NCBI GenBank assembly: GCA_038318565.1 | Contig: JBBQCI010000006.1 | Span: 6,792-70,791, forward strand | DNA: 64,000 bases | From: Planctomycetota bacterium | GTDB lineage: Bacteria; Planctomycetota; UBA11346 | Direction: 5' to 3' | The notes under the pieces: generated by a model | What the model was told of the DNA's origin: nothing | What the model saw: the letters and a program-made list of their open reading frames with translations, nothing else | Database searches by the model: none | Program-made: the position numbers and the translations under genes | In this document: positions 19,885 through 27,726 of the stretch, piece by piece | Layout: each line of letters begins with the position of its first letter | Position numbering within the stretch: the first letter of the stretch is position 1

Positions 19885-20658
19885 TCATCCCATCGACTTC
19901 TGGGCGGGCGCCGGGGCCTGCACCGGCATGTCCGTGGTGTTCGCCTCGGTGGCGACCGGCATAGGGGCGGGTCCGACGGCCAAGCCCTCCTTGGCAGCGA
20001 AGTCGGCGAGGGCCTGGTCGGCCAAGGCCTCTTGCTCGGACTCCTTGATCTTGAATTCATCGGTATTGAGCGAGTCCTTGGCCAGGCGAGCGCGGCCAGC
20101 GGCTTTGTTCCGCTCGTCCTCGACCATCTCCTGCAGGCGGTTGAGGGTGTCACCGCTGCCACCGATGTTGGTGATCATGCCCGAGGCCATCTCGTTGAGC
20201 TCGGCCATCGCCTTCTTCATCTTCATGTCATCGATCGAACTCTTGAGCTGTTCGAGCTTCATCTTGGCCTGCTGCATGGAGACGTCGCGTGCCTTGACCA
20301 GTTCCTTGTAAGTCTTCTCGGCGTCGCCCAGCTGCCGGCGGTTCTCTTCCAACTCGCGCGAGGTGGTCTGCAGGCGCAGGGCGTAATTGCCAGCGGCGGC
20401 CCGGTTATTCGCTTTGAGATGTGCGGTGGCCTTGGCGCGCAGGTCGCGCTCCTCGATCTCCAGCTTGCGCACCTGCGCCATCAGCTTCTCGCACAGGCCG
20501 GCATGACTGGCCAAGCCCTGGTTGAACTGGCCGATCTGCTTGCGCAGATTCTCCTTTTCCACCTCAAGCAGGGCCTCGGGATTGCGTCGTTCGACGCCAC
20601 TGACGAACAGGCTGGCAAAGCCCTTGAAGAGGTTGCCGATGCGGGCGAGAAGGGACAT
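19885..20658 (-). CDS. pspA: PspA/IM30 family protein (ESCRT-III superfamily)
   Basis: N-terminal amphipathic helix MSLLARIGNLFKGF...NPEALLE aligns by eye with E. coli PspA MGIFSRFADIV...EDPQKLV. The rest is continuous coiled coil with a C-terminal acidic/Ala-Pro tail. Start chosen at 20658. Confidence 0.85.
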   Translation of the reverse strand: MSLLARIGNLFKGFASLFVSGVERRNPEALLEVEKENLRKQIGQFNQGLASHAGLCEKLMAQVRKLEIEERDLRAKATAHLKANNRAAAGNYALRLQTTSRELEENRRQLGDAEKTYKELVKARDVSMQQAKMKLEQLKSSIDDMKMKKAMAELNEMASGMITNIGGSGDTLNRLQEMVEDERNKAAGRARLAKDSLNTDEFKIKESEQEALADQALADFAAKEGLAVGPAPMPVATEANTTDMPVQAPAPAQKSMG

Positions 20659-20697
20659 GGGCGGCTCCGGATGGCGACGTCTTAGCGGCATCCCGGG

Positions 20698-20716
20698 CGA
20701 TGGTCAAAGACCATCG
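20698..20716. promoter_or_regulatory. perfect 8-3-8 palindrome in the 76-nt gap upstream of pspA
   Basis: CGATGGTC-AAA-GACCATCG, followed by a second dyad TGACC-n7-GGTCA (20718-20734). It could be an operator or an intercistronic RNA hairpin. Confidence 0.3.
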
Positions 20717-20734
20717 GTGACCGGCCTGTGGTCA

Positions 20735-21922
20735 TCAGCGTCCAACCGCCCGCTGCCACCCGGCCAGGAGATTGCTGATCACCTCGCCGGAGGGGGTCTC
20801 CACCACCTGAGGCAGGTCGATGCGCAGGCCGTACTTGGCCAGCTCGATGAAGGGGCTGCCGGGTTCCTTGATCGGCACAGCAGGATCACCTGGGCGGAAT
20901 CCGTGTTCCAGCGCCTTGCGCTGCGAAGTGGGCGAGAGCAGGAAATCAATGAAACGGCCGGCAGCCGCCCGCTGTTCGGTACTGCTCCACGGGGCGTCGA
21001 TCAGATAGGCCGGGTTATCGCTCCAGGCATTGGGCGAGGGGTAGGTGATGTGCAGATCACCCCAACGGCCCTGGGCATTGCGCAGGTAGTCGATCGCGAC
21101 GCTTTCATAGACGCACAGACCGTCAAATGCTGAGGGTCCCTTGAGCACCATCTCCTTCATCTGCGTACCGGTCGAGCCGGACAGACCTGCGACGCCCTTC
21201 TCGAAGGTGGTCAGCCAGGTCTGGAAACCGGCGTCCATGACTTGGGCCATGCCCAGCGTCCTCGCCTGATGGTAGTCGTGGGTCATCAGCACCAGGGCCA
21301 TTAGGCCGCTGTTGCTCTGGTTCGGATGGGCATGGCCGAACTTCAGAAAGCCCCATTCGGGCTTGCCGGCAAGCCCGGCCCAGCCGGTGGGTTCAGCGAC
21401 CAGTTTGGCGACATCGCGGAAACTTTGGGGCGGCTGCTTGAGGGCCTGGAAGCGTTCAGTCCACCAGACGAAGACCATCGGCGTGAGAGCCAAAGTCTCG
21501 CTGCGGGCGAACGGAGCCTTACTGAACTTGACCTGCCAGTCGGCCGTGAAGTTGGCGCTGTAGAGCGACGAGGCCGGAGCCCAGATGTTCAGCTGCTCAC
21601 CGGCTAGCAGGGCCTGAGCGCCTTCCAGGGAACCTTTCCCCAGGAGATCGACCTGGGTGTTCGGTTCCACTTTGGCGAATTCCTCGACCGCCCACTTCAT
21701 CCAGCGATCCTTCTCGGTGCCGTAGGCAACGGAGATGCGCACAGCAGCTCCGCTGCGCGGTGCTGGTAATCCGGGAGTGGTGGAGGTCGTCGGTGCCGTC
21801 GGTGCCGCTGGTTGCGGCTTCGCGAAGAGCAGTTTCCAGGCCAGGAAGCCGCAGCCAGCCAGGATCAGGAGGATGACCACCTTGCCGAGGAAGGTGGCCT
21901 TGGGGGCGGTGTCGTCAGGCAT
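20735..21922 (-). CDS. membrane-anchored extracytoplasmic solute-binding-protein-like protein (paralog of the N-terminal part of the next gene)
   Basis: N-terminal TM VVILLILAGCGFLAW and a Pro/Thr linker. Motifs VRISVAYGTEKDRW, FGHAHPNQSNSGL and GFRPGDP are shared with 21930-23618. Confidence 0.7.
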   Translation of the reverse strand: MPDDTAPKATFLGKVVILLILAGCGFLAWKLLFAKPQPAAPTAPTTSTTPGLPAPRSGAAVRISVAYGTEKDRWMKWAVEEFAKVEPNTQVDLLGKGSLEGAQALLAGEQLNIWAPASSLYSANFTADWQVKFSKAPFARSETLALTPMVFVWWTERFQALKQPPQSFRDVAKLVAEPTGWAGLAGKPEWGFLKFGHAHPNQSNSGLMALVLMTHDYHQARTLGMAQVMDAGFQTWLTTFEKGVAGLSGSTGTQMKEMVLKGPSAFDGLCVYESVAIDYLRNAQGRWGDLHITYPSPNAWSDNPAYLIDAPWSSTEQRAAAGRFIDFLLSPTSQRKALEHGFRPGDPAVPIKEPGSPFIELAKYGLRIDLPQVVETPSGEVISNLLAGWQRAVGR

Positions 21923-21929
21923 GGGTGTT

Positions 21930-23618
21930 TCAGAAGAACGTGGCGATGTCGCGGAATACTAGGCGGATGTCGCCGGTGCTGCCCTTGTAGGCCTTGGCCT
22001 GGGTCGTCTCACTGATGCGCTTGAGCACATCCCCGGCGGCGTCTTTGCCATAGGCGATGGTGAACACACGGATGGCCCCACCGCTTTCCGGACCTGGGTC
22101 GATCGCAGTCAGCACCTGTTCTAGGCTGGTGCTGCTGGTCGTGTCGGCGCCGTCTGAGAGCACGATCACAGCCTTGATCGAATCCTGGTCCGGATCGGCC
22201 TTCATCGCGGCGACGGCAGCACTGACGGCATCGTAGAGCGCGGTCTTGCCGCCAGCAATCAAGCTGCGCATCTGCGCCTGCCCAGGAGTGCGGATAGCAG
22301 TCAGCAGCTGGTTCTGCCCAAGCCATTGCGGGGTGCTATTGAAGGTCATCAATGAGAGCCGGTCGCCATCGGCGAGCAGACCGATGAACTCGGCGGCACC
22401 GTCGCGGGCAGCGGCGATCTTGCCGTCCTCCTCCATCGAACCGCTGATATCAAGGACCAAAGCGACATGGGCCGGCTTCTTGGCTGAGCGCCACATGGTC
22501 ATCGCGGCCGAGATGACTTCGGCCGGAGGCGTTTCGAGGGTGGTGGACGGTTCCTTGGCGTCGACGCCATGCGCGCTGTCGATCGGGGCGCCGACCGCGA
22601 CATCGACGGCAGCAGGGCGGAAGCCGAAGCGCAGGGCGCTCTCTTGCTGTGGCCGCTCAAGCAGAAAGCGGACATACGCTTCGCAGGCCAGGCGTTCATT
22701 GGCGCCGACCCACGGCCGCTCGACGATGCCGGTCGGATGATCGCTCCAGAAGGTGCCTTCCTTGGGATAGATCGCGACCATTGGGAAAGATGGCTTGGGC
22801 GTTGCCGTGTTCGCTTCGATTACCAGATTTTCATACAGCACAGCGGCGGAGAGGTAGCCGGGCCCACCGGCGGTCATGCGTTTCGCAAAGAATCCGGTCG
22901 AGGAGCCGTAGTGGACGACGGCCCGCTCAATGCCGGTGACAAATGCCACAACGGCCGGTTGCTGGACGTCCTCGACGGTCAAGCCGGTGCGCTTGCCGGC
23001 CCCGGCGTAGGCCTCGGCCAGCAGAGTCTGTAGACCCGAGTTGGAAAACTCGGGATGGGTGTGACCGAAACGGAAGCGGCCCCATTGCGGCTGACCTTTG
23101 GACGCCCAGCCCTGCGGGTCCTTGGCGAGGGTTAGGATATCGGCCCAGCCAAGCCGGGTCTGTGGCCAACCCAGGGCTTCGGCCATCGGCTGCCACATCG
23201 CGATGACCACCGGTGAGAGGACGACACTCTCAGATTTTGACACCAGGTCCTTGCCGGTGGCGGCGCGGCTCTGGGCATTGGCCAAGGTGATGAAGGCAGC
23301 AGAGGCCGGGCTGATCAGATGAGCCTGCTCGCGGCCCGCGAGCACGTCTTCGACCAGTTCTCCGGAACCCTTGGCCACTGTCTGCACGTAGATTGCTTTG
23401 CCGGCGACTTGCACCTTGCGCGCATTGAACTGGGTCGTCGCCGCCTCTAGCCAGGCCTGTTTCTCTGAGCCATAGGCAATGCGGATGGTCAAGGCGTCCG
23501 GCGGGGCCGCCTGGGTACTCGTGGGCGTCGGCTGAGCTTCGTCAGGAGTCGGCCCCGTCCGCGTCCACAGGATACCGACGATGATGGCGATGACGACCAG
23601 GACGATGAAGGTCTTCAT
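21930..23618 (-). CDS. membrane-anchored solute-binding-protein-like domain fused to a C-terminal von Willebrand factor A (vWA) domain
   Basis: TM FIVLVVIAIIVGILW. SBP-like region with IRIAYGSEKQAW, FGHTHPEFSNSGL and FGFRPA. vWA domain with intact MIDAS DISGSM...T...SDGADT. Start chosen at MKTF (23618). Confidence 0.8.
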   Translation of the reverse strand: MKTFIVLVVIAIIVGILWTRTGPTPDEAQPTPTSTQAAPPDALTIRIAYGSEKQAWLEAATTQFNARKVQVAGKAIYVQTVAKGSGELVEDVLAGREQAHLISPASAAFITLANAQSRAATGKDLVSKSESVVLSPVVIAMWQPMAEALGWPQTRLGWADILTLAKDPQGWASKGQPQWGRFRFGHTHPEFSNSGLQTLLAEAYAGAGKRTGLTVEDVQQPAVVAFVTGIERAVVHYGSSTGFFAKRMTAGGPGYLSAAVLYENLVIEANTATPKPSFPMVAIYPKEGTFWSDHPTGIVERPWVGANERLACEAYVRFLLERPQQESALRFGFRPAAVDVAVGAPIDSAHGVDAKEPSTTLETPPAEVISAAMTMWRSAKKPAHVALVLDISGSMEEDGKIAAARDGAAEFIGLLADGDRLSLMTFNSTPQWLGQNQLLTAIRTPGQAQMRSLIAGGKTALYDAVSAAVAAMKADPDQDSIKAVIVLSDGADTTSSTSLEQVLTAIDPGPESGGAIRVFTIAYGKDAAGDVLKRISETTQAKAYKGSTGDIRLVFRDIATFF

Positions 23619-23682
23619 GGGTGCCAACTCTGTTCGTGTTTGGTTAAGCTGTGACGAAGACGGTTGGCCGTCTAAAGGTGCC

Positions 23683-24027
23683 TTAACGGTCGACCGTGAA
23701 GGTCTTCCCGTCGACAGCGACGATATCGCCCTCGGCCAGCTTGCGGCCCGGGCGGTCGTCGACCTCGCCGTTGACCGTGGCGCGGCCTTCGCGCACCAGT
23801 GCCTTGGCATGGCCGCCGGTATCAGCGACCTGGACGACCTTCAAGAACTGGGCCAGGGTGATCGGTTCCTTGGGGCCCTTGGACTTGCGCTCTGGCACCG
23901 TCACCGGCACCGAGGCTTTGGCCATCGGGCTTTGGGCCGGCATTGGCGCTTTGGCAGTCACAGGATTTTTTGTTGGAGCATCACGGCCAGCGGGACGGCG
24001 GGACGGATTGAATTTAGGACCAGGCAT
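23683..24027 (-). CDS. S4-domain RNA-binding protein (YbcJ-like), start uncertain
   Basis: The C-terminal 65 aa (ITLAQFLKVVQVADTGGHAKALVREGRATVNGEVDDRPGRKLAEGDIVAVDGKTFTV) match the small S4_2-type fold. The N-terminal Pro/Ala/Lys-rich part may be partly untranslated. Confidence 0.6.
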   Translation of the reverse strand: MPGPKFNPSRRPAGRDAPTKNPVTAKAPMPAQSPMAKASVPVTVPERKSKGPKEPITLAQFLKVVQVADTGGHAKALVREGRATVNGEVDDRPGRKLAEGDIVAVDGKTFTVDR

Positions 24028-25006
24028 CGAGCCTCCCGCGGATCTCCCGCCACTGGTGACGAGGAACTTGGGCGCCGACGACTTCGACGGCGGCGGCTCC
24101 GGCCCGGGCGGCGAGTTCGCCGCAGACGTCGAGCGGACAGCCACGAACCATGGCGCAGAGCAGCCCGGCCAGCCAGGCATCGCCCGCGCCATTAGTGTCG
24201 ATCGCCTTGGCCGGGATGCCGGCCGTGTGGAGCTTCTCGCTGCCGCGGCGCAGCCAGGCGCCCTCGGCGCCGATCTTGACGGCGGCGAAGCGGACCATCG
24301 GGGCGATGTCATCGAGTGCTGCCCGCGGGTCGCCGTGGCTCCAGGCAGCCGCCTCGTCCTGGTTGAGGATCGCACCGCCGACCAGGCCAGCGGCCATCAA
24401 CTCGGCGAACATCGCTTGATTGGCGCGCACGACCTCGTGCGAGGCGAAATCGAGCACCAGTTCGGAACCGGCTTCGCGGGTTGCTGCGGCGATCGCTCGG
24501 ACCAGACCGTGGTCGTAGCAGGAGTAGCCCTCCATGACGACGAAGCGGGTGCCGGCGAAGGCCTCGGGAGAGACCTCGTCTGCCGACAGGGTCGACGCGG
24601 CGCCGAGGCAGGTGCGAAAGGTGCGCTGGGCGTCCGGCGTGACCATCGCCAGCACCCGTCCGGTGGGCGCAGCGTCGCGCACCACCAGGCGGGCGTCGAC
24701 GCCCTGGACCGCCAGCGACATGCGCATGAATTCACCGAGATCGTCGTCTCCGGTGCAGCCGATGAATGCAGCGGCGATGCCTAGGTTGGCGCAGCCGGCC
24801 AGTACGTTGCAGGCCGAGCCGCCAGGGGCTTGGGCAGGCATGCCACCATGGGCGGCGAGCATGCGGCCGATCTCGGCGGCCGAGACCAGTTCCATGCCGC
24901 CTTTGGCACCCGGCACATGTTCGGCCAGGAAGGCATCGTCGACCTGAATGCACAGGTCGACCAGGGGTGAACCCAGGCCGATGATCGCGGGATGGTCCAG
25001 GCTCAT
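24014..25006 (-). CDS. PfkB-family carbohydrate/nucleoside kinase (adenosine-kinase-like)
   Basis: N-terminal GLGSPLVD, the GG dipeptide region and the C-terminal DTNGAGDAWLAG signature of PfkB kinases. Confidence 0.85.
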   Translation of the reverse strand: MSLDHPAIIGLGSPLVDLCIQVDDAFLAEHVPGAKGGMELVSAAEIGRMLAAHGGMPAQAPGGSACNVLAGCANLGIAAAFIGCTGDDDLGEFMRMSLAVQGVDARLVVRDAAPTGRVLAMVTPDAQRTFRTCLGAASTLSADEVSPEAFAGTRFVVMEGYSCYDHGLVRAIAAATREAGSELVLDFASHEVVRANQAMFAELMAAGLVGGAILNQDEAAAWSHGDPRAALDDIAPMVRFAAVKIGAEGAWLRRGSEKLHTAGIPAKAIDTNGAGDAWLAGLLCAMVRGCPLDVCGELAARAGAAAVEVVGAQVPRHQWREIRGRLDAWS

Positions 25007-25009
25007 GGC

Positions 25010-25726
25010 TTACTTTCCCGCCTCGTCGAACATGCGAGCCAGCTCCATCAGAACGCCGGCTCCGCTGCCGTTGATAGTGCGTGTGGGGGCGCCCGCGGCG
25101 TCGGCGTGGAAGGCGAATCGGGGCGGCGGAGTCTGGGCCAGCTTAGCCAGGGCATCCATACCCTCGAGTGCGCCGACCTTGGCATGGCTGGGAGCCCCAG
25201 AGATCAGCCAGATTGACGATTCGATCGGCCCGCCGATCAGGTCGAGGCGGCCGCTCTTACCAGTCTGCTGGAAAAACTGCAGCAGTTCCAGCACGCCGCC
25301 CTCGACGATCGCGCCGGTGAAGGCGGCACCTTGGCTGGCCAGGTCATTCAACGAGAATCCGGGCCCCATGGTCTCCTGCGCACTGATCTGAGGCGCCTGC
25401 GCTGACAGCGAACTGGGGTCGCCACCGGGCGGCAACATGTGCAGACGGAAGACCTGGCCGCCAACCTGGATTTGTGAACCATCCTCCAGCTTCACCTGAC
25501 CGGTGATGCGCTGGCTGTTGACGAACGATCCGTTGCGACTGTTGAGATCGGCGAACGACCAACCCTGGCCCTCGGTCCAGCGCAGTTCCGCGTGCCGGCG
25601 TGAAGCCAGAGCGTCCTGGACCGGGATGTCGATGCCATCTTCGCGCCCGAAGACGTAGTTGCGGCCAGGCAGCAGCCGGCGCGCTTGACGGGAGGCGGAA
25701 ACGATGAAGTAGCCTATGGCAGCCAT
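25010..25726 (-). CDS. FHA domain protein with C-terminal DUF4388 (PATAN-like) domain
   Basis: FHA core GRE...SRRHAEL....DLNSRNGSFVN. The C-terminal GVLELLQFFQQTGKSGRLDL is typical of DUF4388. Confidence 0.8.
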   Translation of the reverse strand: MAAIGYFIVSASRQARRLLPGRNYVFGREDGIDIPVQDALASRRHAELRWTEGQGWSFADLNSRNGSFVNSQRITGQVKLEDGSQIQVGGQVFRLHMLPPGGDPSSLSAQAPQISAQETMGPGFSLNDLASQGAAFTGAIVEGGVLELLQFFQQTGKSGRLDLIGGPIESSIWLISGAPSHAKVGALEGMDALAKLAQTPPPRFAFHADAAGAPTRTINGSGAGVLMELARMFDEAGK

Positions 25727-25834
25727 TGCCCACGCAGGCTAGGGCGCGGGTCAAGGTGTCCAGTTGCCGTAGTGGCGTGCGGGGCGCGCCTGAATCCGTT
25801 GCGCCGACCGCTCTGGCGCCACAAGCAGACGCCC

Positions 25835-27523
25835 ATGCCTGTTCTGCCGACGCCAATAGCCCCGATCGCATCCGACGCCGAGATCCGGCCGTTGGCTGTC
25901 CTGCTGGAGACGGTCGCACGCATCGACGGCTGGGGCCCGCGTGCTTGGCGCGAAGTGATCGGGGCCTGGCGGTTGCCACGCTGCGACCTAGCGATCGAGG
26001 AGCGCGAAGGCCCGCCCTGCGAGGAGGGCGGCGAGGTCCTGGCGACCATCGTGTTCCGCTCGCCGGGCTGGGCCCGTCCGCGCAATCCTGGCGATGCCAT
26101 CGCCATCGCCGATTGGCTGCTGCGTGCCGCGCGCCGAGACCTGCTGCCGCTCTTCGGCCTGTCAGCCCGTACCATTGATCCCGGCGAGGCGGTGCGCGCC
26201 GGCAACGCCTGCTTCGCGTATGGTCCAGATCTAGTGCTGCGATTCGCACTCCGTCTGCCCTTTGCCGGTATGTGCATCGATGGCGAATCGTTCGCCCGAT
26301 CAATCGGACAACTCGCCCGCTGGTCGCGCGGCATCGCAAAGACGCGACCGGGACTGCTCGGGCATCGCCGCAGTCTGCGCATCCAACAGGCCCTGCGCGC
26401 CGCCCTTCCCGAGCATGGCTTGGTCGCGTTCCTCGCTGATGGCGCCATGCTGGCTCGCGATCCGGCGGGCGGCGTCGATGCCTCGTGCCTGCCGCTGCGC
26501 ACCCCCCGCAACCTGGCGACATCCATCGATCTTGGCCCGCTGGGTCGCTATCGGGGGTTGGGCATCAGCAGGGGGGTCACCGCTATCGCGGGTGCCCCCT
26601 ATCATGGCAAGAGCACCGTCCTCTCTGCCATCGCCGCCGGCGGTGAGGATCATCCCCCAGGTGACGGGCGGGAACGGGTGGTCGCCCTGGCGTCGACCCT
26701 GCCGGTGCTGTCAGACGACGGCAGGCCGATCATGCGGCAGAATCTGACTCCGTTCTTTAGCCGCCTGCCCGGGGGCGAAGCAGCGTGCTTCACCACCAGA
26801 CGGGCGAGTGGTGCGACCAGCATGGCGGCAGCGGTGTTGCAGGGGGTCGCTGCCGGGGCCCGGTTGCTGCTCATCGACGAGGACACCGCAGCCGCGAACT
26901 TCCTCTCGCTGCAGGATGCCATGCGCCGTCTGCTCGGTCGCGATCTCGACGGCGGGCGCACCCTCTCGGATTGTCTGCCTGCACTGTCCGCCCAGGGCGT
27001 TTCGACCATCGTGGTCGCCGGCGCTTCGACCGCCGCCATTGCCAGTGCCGAGCGGGTTATCCTGATGCGCGATTTCGCTCCGCATGAGGCGACTCGTGCC
27101 GCGCGTCGGGCCTGTGGGCCACGCGCGGGGCGGGTGAGCCTCGAACTGTCCCGTCGCCATCTGGATGGTGATCCAGATGTCATCCTCGGCTTTGCGCACA
27201 CCTTGCGGGTAGATGCCGAGGACCCAGAACGGCCTCGTTTCGCTGGGCGCAGTGTCGACCTGCGTCGCAGCGGCTTCGCCATGGATCCATTCTTGGCGCG
27301 CGGCGCCGTCCTCGGTGCGGCCTGGGCCTGTCGACTGGCCGCCGGTGGATGTCCGATGGACGAACTCGGCGTACGCTACACGGATCTACTGGCCGCGGGT
27401 GGACCCGCGGCGCTGGACCCCTTCCACGATCAATTCCACGCCGTGGCGCCGTGGGGCCTGGTCGTAGCCGTCCTCGAACGCTGCTGGGGGCTCGAACTGA
27501 GCAGCTGTGCCGCGTGCGTCTGA
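25835..27523 (+). CDS. predicted ABC-class ATPase (ABC_ATPase / PF09818-like)
   Basis: P-loop GAPYHGKSTVLSAI followed by GDGRE, and Walker-B-like LLLIDEDTAAANF. Length and layout fit the stand-alone 'predicted ATPase of the ABC class' family. Start chosen at MPVLPT (25835). Confidence 0.7.
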   Translation: MPVLPTPIAPIASDAEIRPLAVLLETVARIDGWGPRAWREVIGAWRLPRCDLAIEEREGPPCEEGGEVLATIVFRSPGWARPRNPGDAIAIADWLLRAARRDLLPLFGLSARTIDPGEAVRAGNACFAYGPDLVLRFALRLPFAGMCIDGESFARSIGQLARWSRGIAKTRPGLLGHRRSLRIQQALRAALPEHGLVAFLADGAMLARDPAGGVDASCLPLRTPRNLATSIDLGPLGRYRGLGISRGVTAIAGAPYHGKSTVLSAIAAGGEDHPPGDGRERVVALASTLPVLSDDGRPIMRQNLTPFFSRLPGGEAACFTTRRASGATSMAAAVLQGVAAGARLLLIDEDTAAANFLSLQDAMRRLLGRDLDGGRTLSDCLPALSAQGVSTIVVAGASTAAIASAERVILMRDFAPHEATRAARRACGPRAGRVSLELSRRHLDGDPDVILGFAHTLRVDAEDPERPRFAGRSVDLRRSGFAMDPFLARGAVLGAAWACRLAAGGCPMDELGVRYTDLLAAGGPAALDPFHDQFHAVAPWGLVVAVLERCWGLELSSCAACV

Positions 27524-27531
27524 AAACGACT

Positions 27532-27554
27532 AACCCCTGGGCAGGCCAGGGGTT
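27532..27554. terminator. 9-bp stem / 5-nt loop hairpin between convergent ABC-class ATPase gene and tRNA-Lys
   Basis: AACCCCTGG-gcagg-CCAGGGGTT, 9 nt after the stop codon. There is no clear U-tract. Confidence 0.4.
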
Positions 27555-27559
27555 GTGCG

Positions 27560-27635
27560 TGGTGCGTCATCTAGGATTTGAACCTAGGACCCAGGGATTA
27601 AGAATCCCTTGCTCTACCAACTGAGCTAATGACGC
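27560..27635 (-). tRNA. tRNA-Lys (anticodon CUU), CCA encoded
   Basis: The reverse complement folds as a canonical cloverleaf. Acceptor GCGTCAT/ATGACGC, D-arm GCTC-AGTTGGTA-GAGC, anticodon arm AGGGA-TTCTTAA-TCCCT (CTT), variable loop GGGTC, T-arm CTAGG-TTCAAAT-CCTAG, discriminator A plus CCA. Confidence 0.95.
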
Positions 27636-27726
27636 ATCGTTGCGAGGGGAGGGTTTGTATGCGGTTAGACCCCCCCGTCAATGGCCTGCGCTTGCCCACG
27701 CGGACAGCGCTCCACGATCCACGCCA

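Noticed and set aside
19819-20685. Long ORFs antisense to or out of frame with clear genes. Examples: 19819-20685 (+) opposite pspA, 25344-26522 (-), 10076-10852 (-), 53805-54860 (-), 44050-45351 (+), 41377-42153 (+).
   Set aside because: These are typical high-GC artefacts. Their translations are Arg/Gly/Pro/Ala-rich with no motifs. The opposite or alternative frame encodes proteins with unmistakable family signatures and the expected GC3 bias.
20659-20734. A sigma54 (-24 GG / -12 GC) promoter upstream of pspA, by analogy with E. coli.
   Set aside because: No GG-n10-GC element with a TGGCAC/TTGC-like context was found by eye in the leader. Only the palindromes are reported.
27560-27635. tRNA-Lys as a possible integration site of a genomic island.
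   Set aside because: No integrase, recombinase or phage-like genes flank it. I noticed no direct repeat of the tRNA 3' end in the window. The neighbouring genes look like ordinary chromosomal genes with the same composition.
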